A stretch of DNA of 64,000 nucleotides from Mustelus asterias. Its lineage: Eukaryota. Positions 63,132 through 64,000 of this stretch are shown in pieces (position 1 is the stretch's first letter; every line of letters begins with the position of its first letter). Under the pieces are notes generated by a model. That model ran no database searches and was not told the DNA's origin. It was given only the letters and a program-made list of their open reading frames with translations. A program made the position numbers and the translations under genes. The stretch is from positions 806,001 to 870,000 of the forward strand of contig NC_135823.1 in NCBI RefSeq assembly GCF_964213995.1, written 5' to 3'.

Positions 63132-63807
63132 TGAAGTCGGGAATGGGTTAATGAACTTTGTCACACTTAAGCATTAAGACCCGAACTCTGTGATTTTGTT
63201 GAGAACACTGCAGAGTTCATGTTTTCGTCAGAGTTCGGTGTTTTTCATGTCTGTACCAGATAAGAGGACCAGCTATTTTTTGCTGTCTCCACTGTTATTC
63301 AGAAATGCGATTAACCCAGCTTGAAATAAGCTAAACAGTCTCCATTTTCATGTACCTTTGTTAACACGATGGAGTTGACATGTATGCCTTCTGTCTTTGT
63401 ATAACTATAGATTCATATATATATATTCATCATACGTTATTCATCTTATCCTGATATAAAGTATTATAGAAACTTGTATGTATATTAGTTAACTTGTTTG
63501 TGCAAAACCTGTGATGTTGTTTCAAGGATATAAATGACGAACAATCGTGGCCTTGGAGATTGAACAAACTACGCAGAGGAAGATACTGCTAATACAACAA
63601 GAATCTCACCATGAATAATGACAGACATCTTAGAGAATTGCAATGTAATGAGGGCGGGGCCCGGGACATATATAAACTCTGTTCTTACTTGTGTTCGATG
63701 AGAAGCCCTGGGTCCACTGTTAGGAACCTCACTTCTCCCACATATGTGAAAATAAACCTGCATTTTGATCTACTAATAGTGTCAGAGGTTTTTTTTTACC
63801 TACAACA
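63132..63807 (+). repeat. ERV 3' LTR (676 bp)
   Basis: Direct repeat of the 5' LTR. Confidence 0.97.
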
Positions 63808-64000
63808 GAATTAATTACTGATCTTCCATTAAGAGATTCTCTAGGGAAGAGTGAAAATTGCAAAAAACAACGGCATATCATTCTGAAAAGGTCAGTAGCT
63901 GGCTGGAGGATTGAGAAACTTTTAAAGATCAAAAAGGTGTTCCCCAAAAAAGTAATAAAAAATATCAAGGGCAAGTAATGAAAGAGATCTACCACAAATA

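Larger units (their letters stand above)
54905..63807 (+). mobile_element. Endogenous retrovirus, class I-like (gamma-type Env), internally deleted, non-autonomous
   Basis: Paired TG...CA LTRs; 4-bp TSD GAAT (54901-04 and 63808-11); PBS; PPT; gag/pol remnants; env. Confidence 0.97.

Overview
Eukaryotic, repeat-dense DNA, very likely from a shark. This is inferred from HE1/V-SINE-type and Deu-SINE-type SINEs and many CR1-clade LINE fragments. Most entries in the ORF track are repeat-derived or spurious. Two non-repeat systems stand out. (1) A cluster of three related, non-rearranging antigen-receptor-like IgSF loci with the layout leader / pre-joined VJ / ~100-nt intron / C1 / TM / cytoplasmic tail. 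Gene A is on + (8781-12602 and probably further). Gene B is on - (37452-27729); it has six exons with matching phases, ends in a TLYAHL ITIM/ITSM-like motif and has two stops in C1. Gene C is a shattered relic on + (47807-49205). All three copies here carry lesions. (2) A relatively young class I-like endogenous retrovirus (54905-63807; TG..CA LTRs about 98% identical, GAAT TSD, tRNA-Pro PBS) inserted into a CR1. It is internally deleted, has two diverged gag N-termini and two diverged integrase tails, and has an env open for 337 codons but stopped three times in the TM half. The window also holds templated inverted duplications, SINE-internal minisatellites, a 175-nt N gap and a probably artefactual 371-bp tandem duplication. 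Repeat boundaries are approximate. Exon and ERV boundaries were read base by base.
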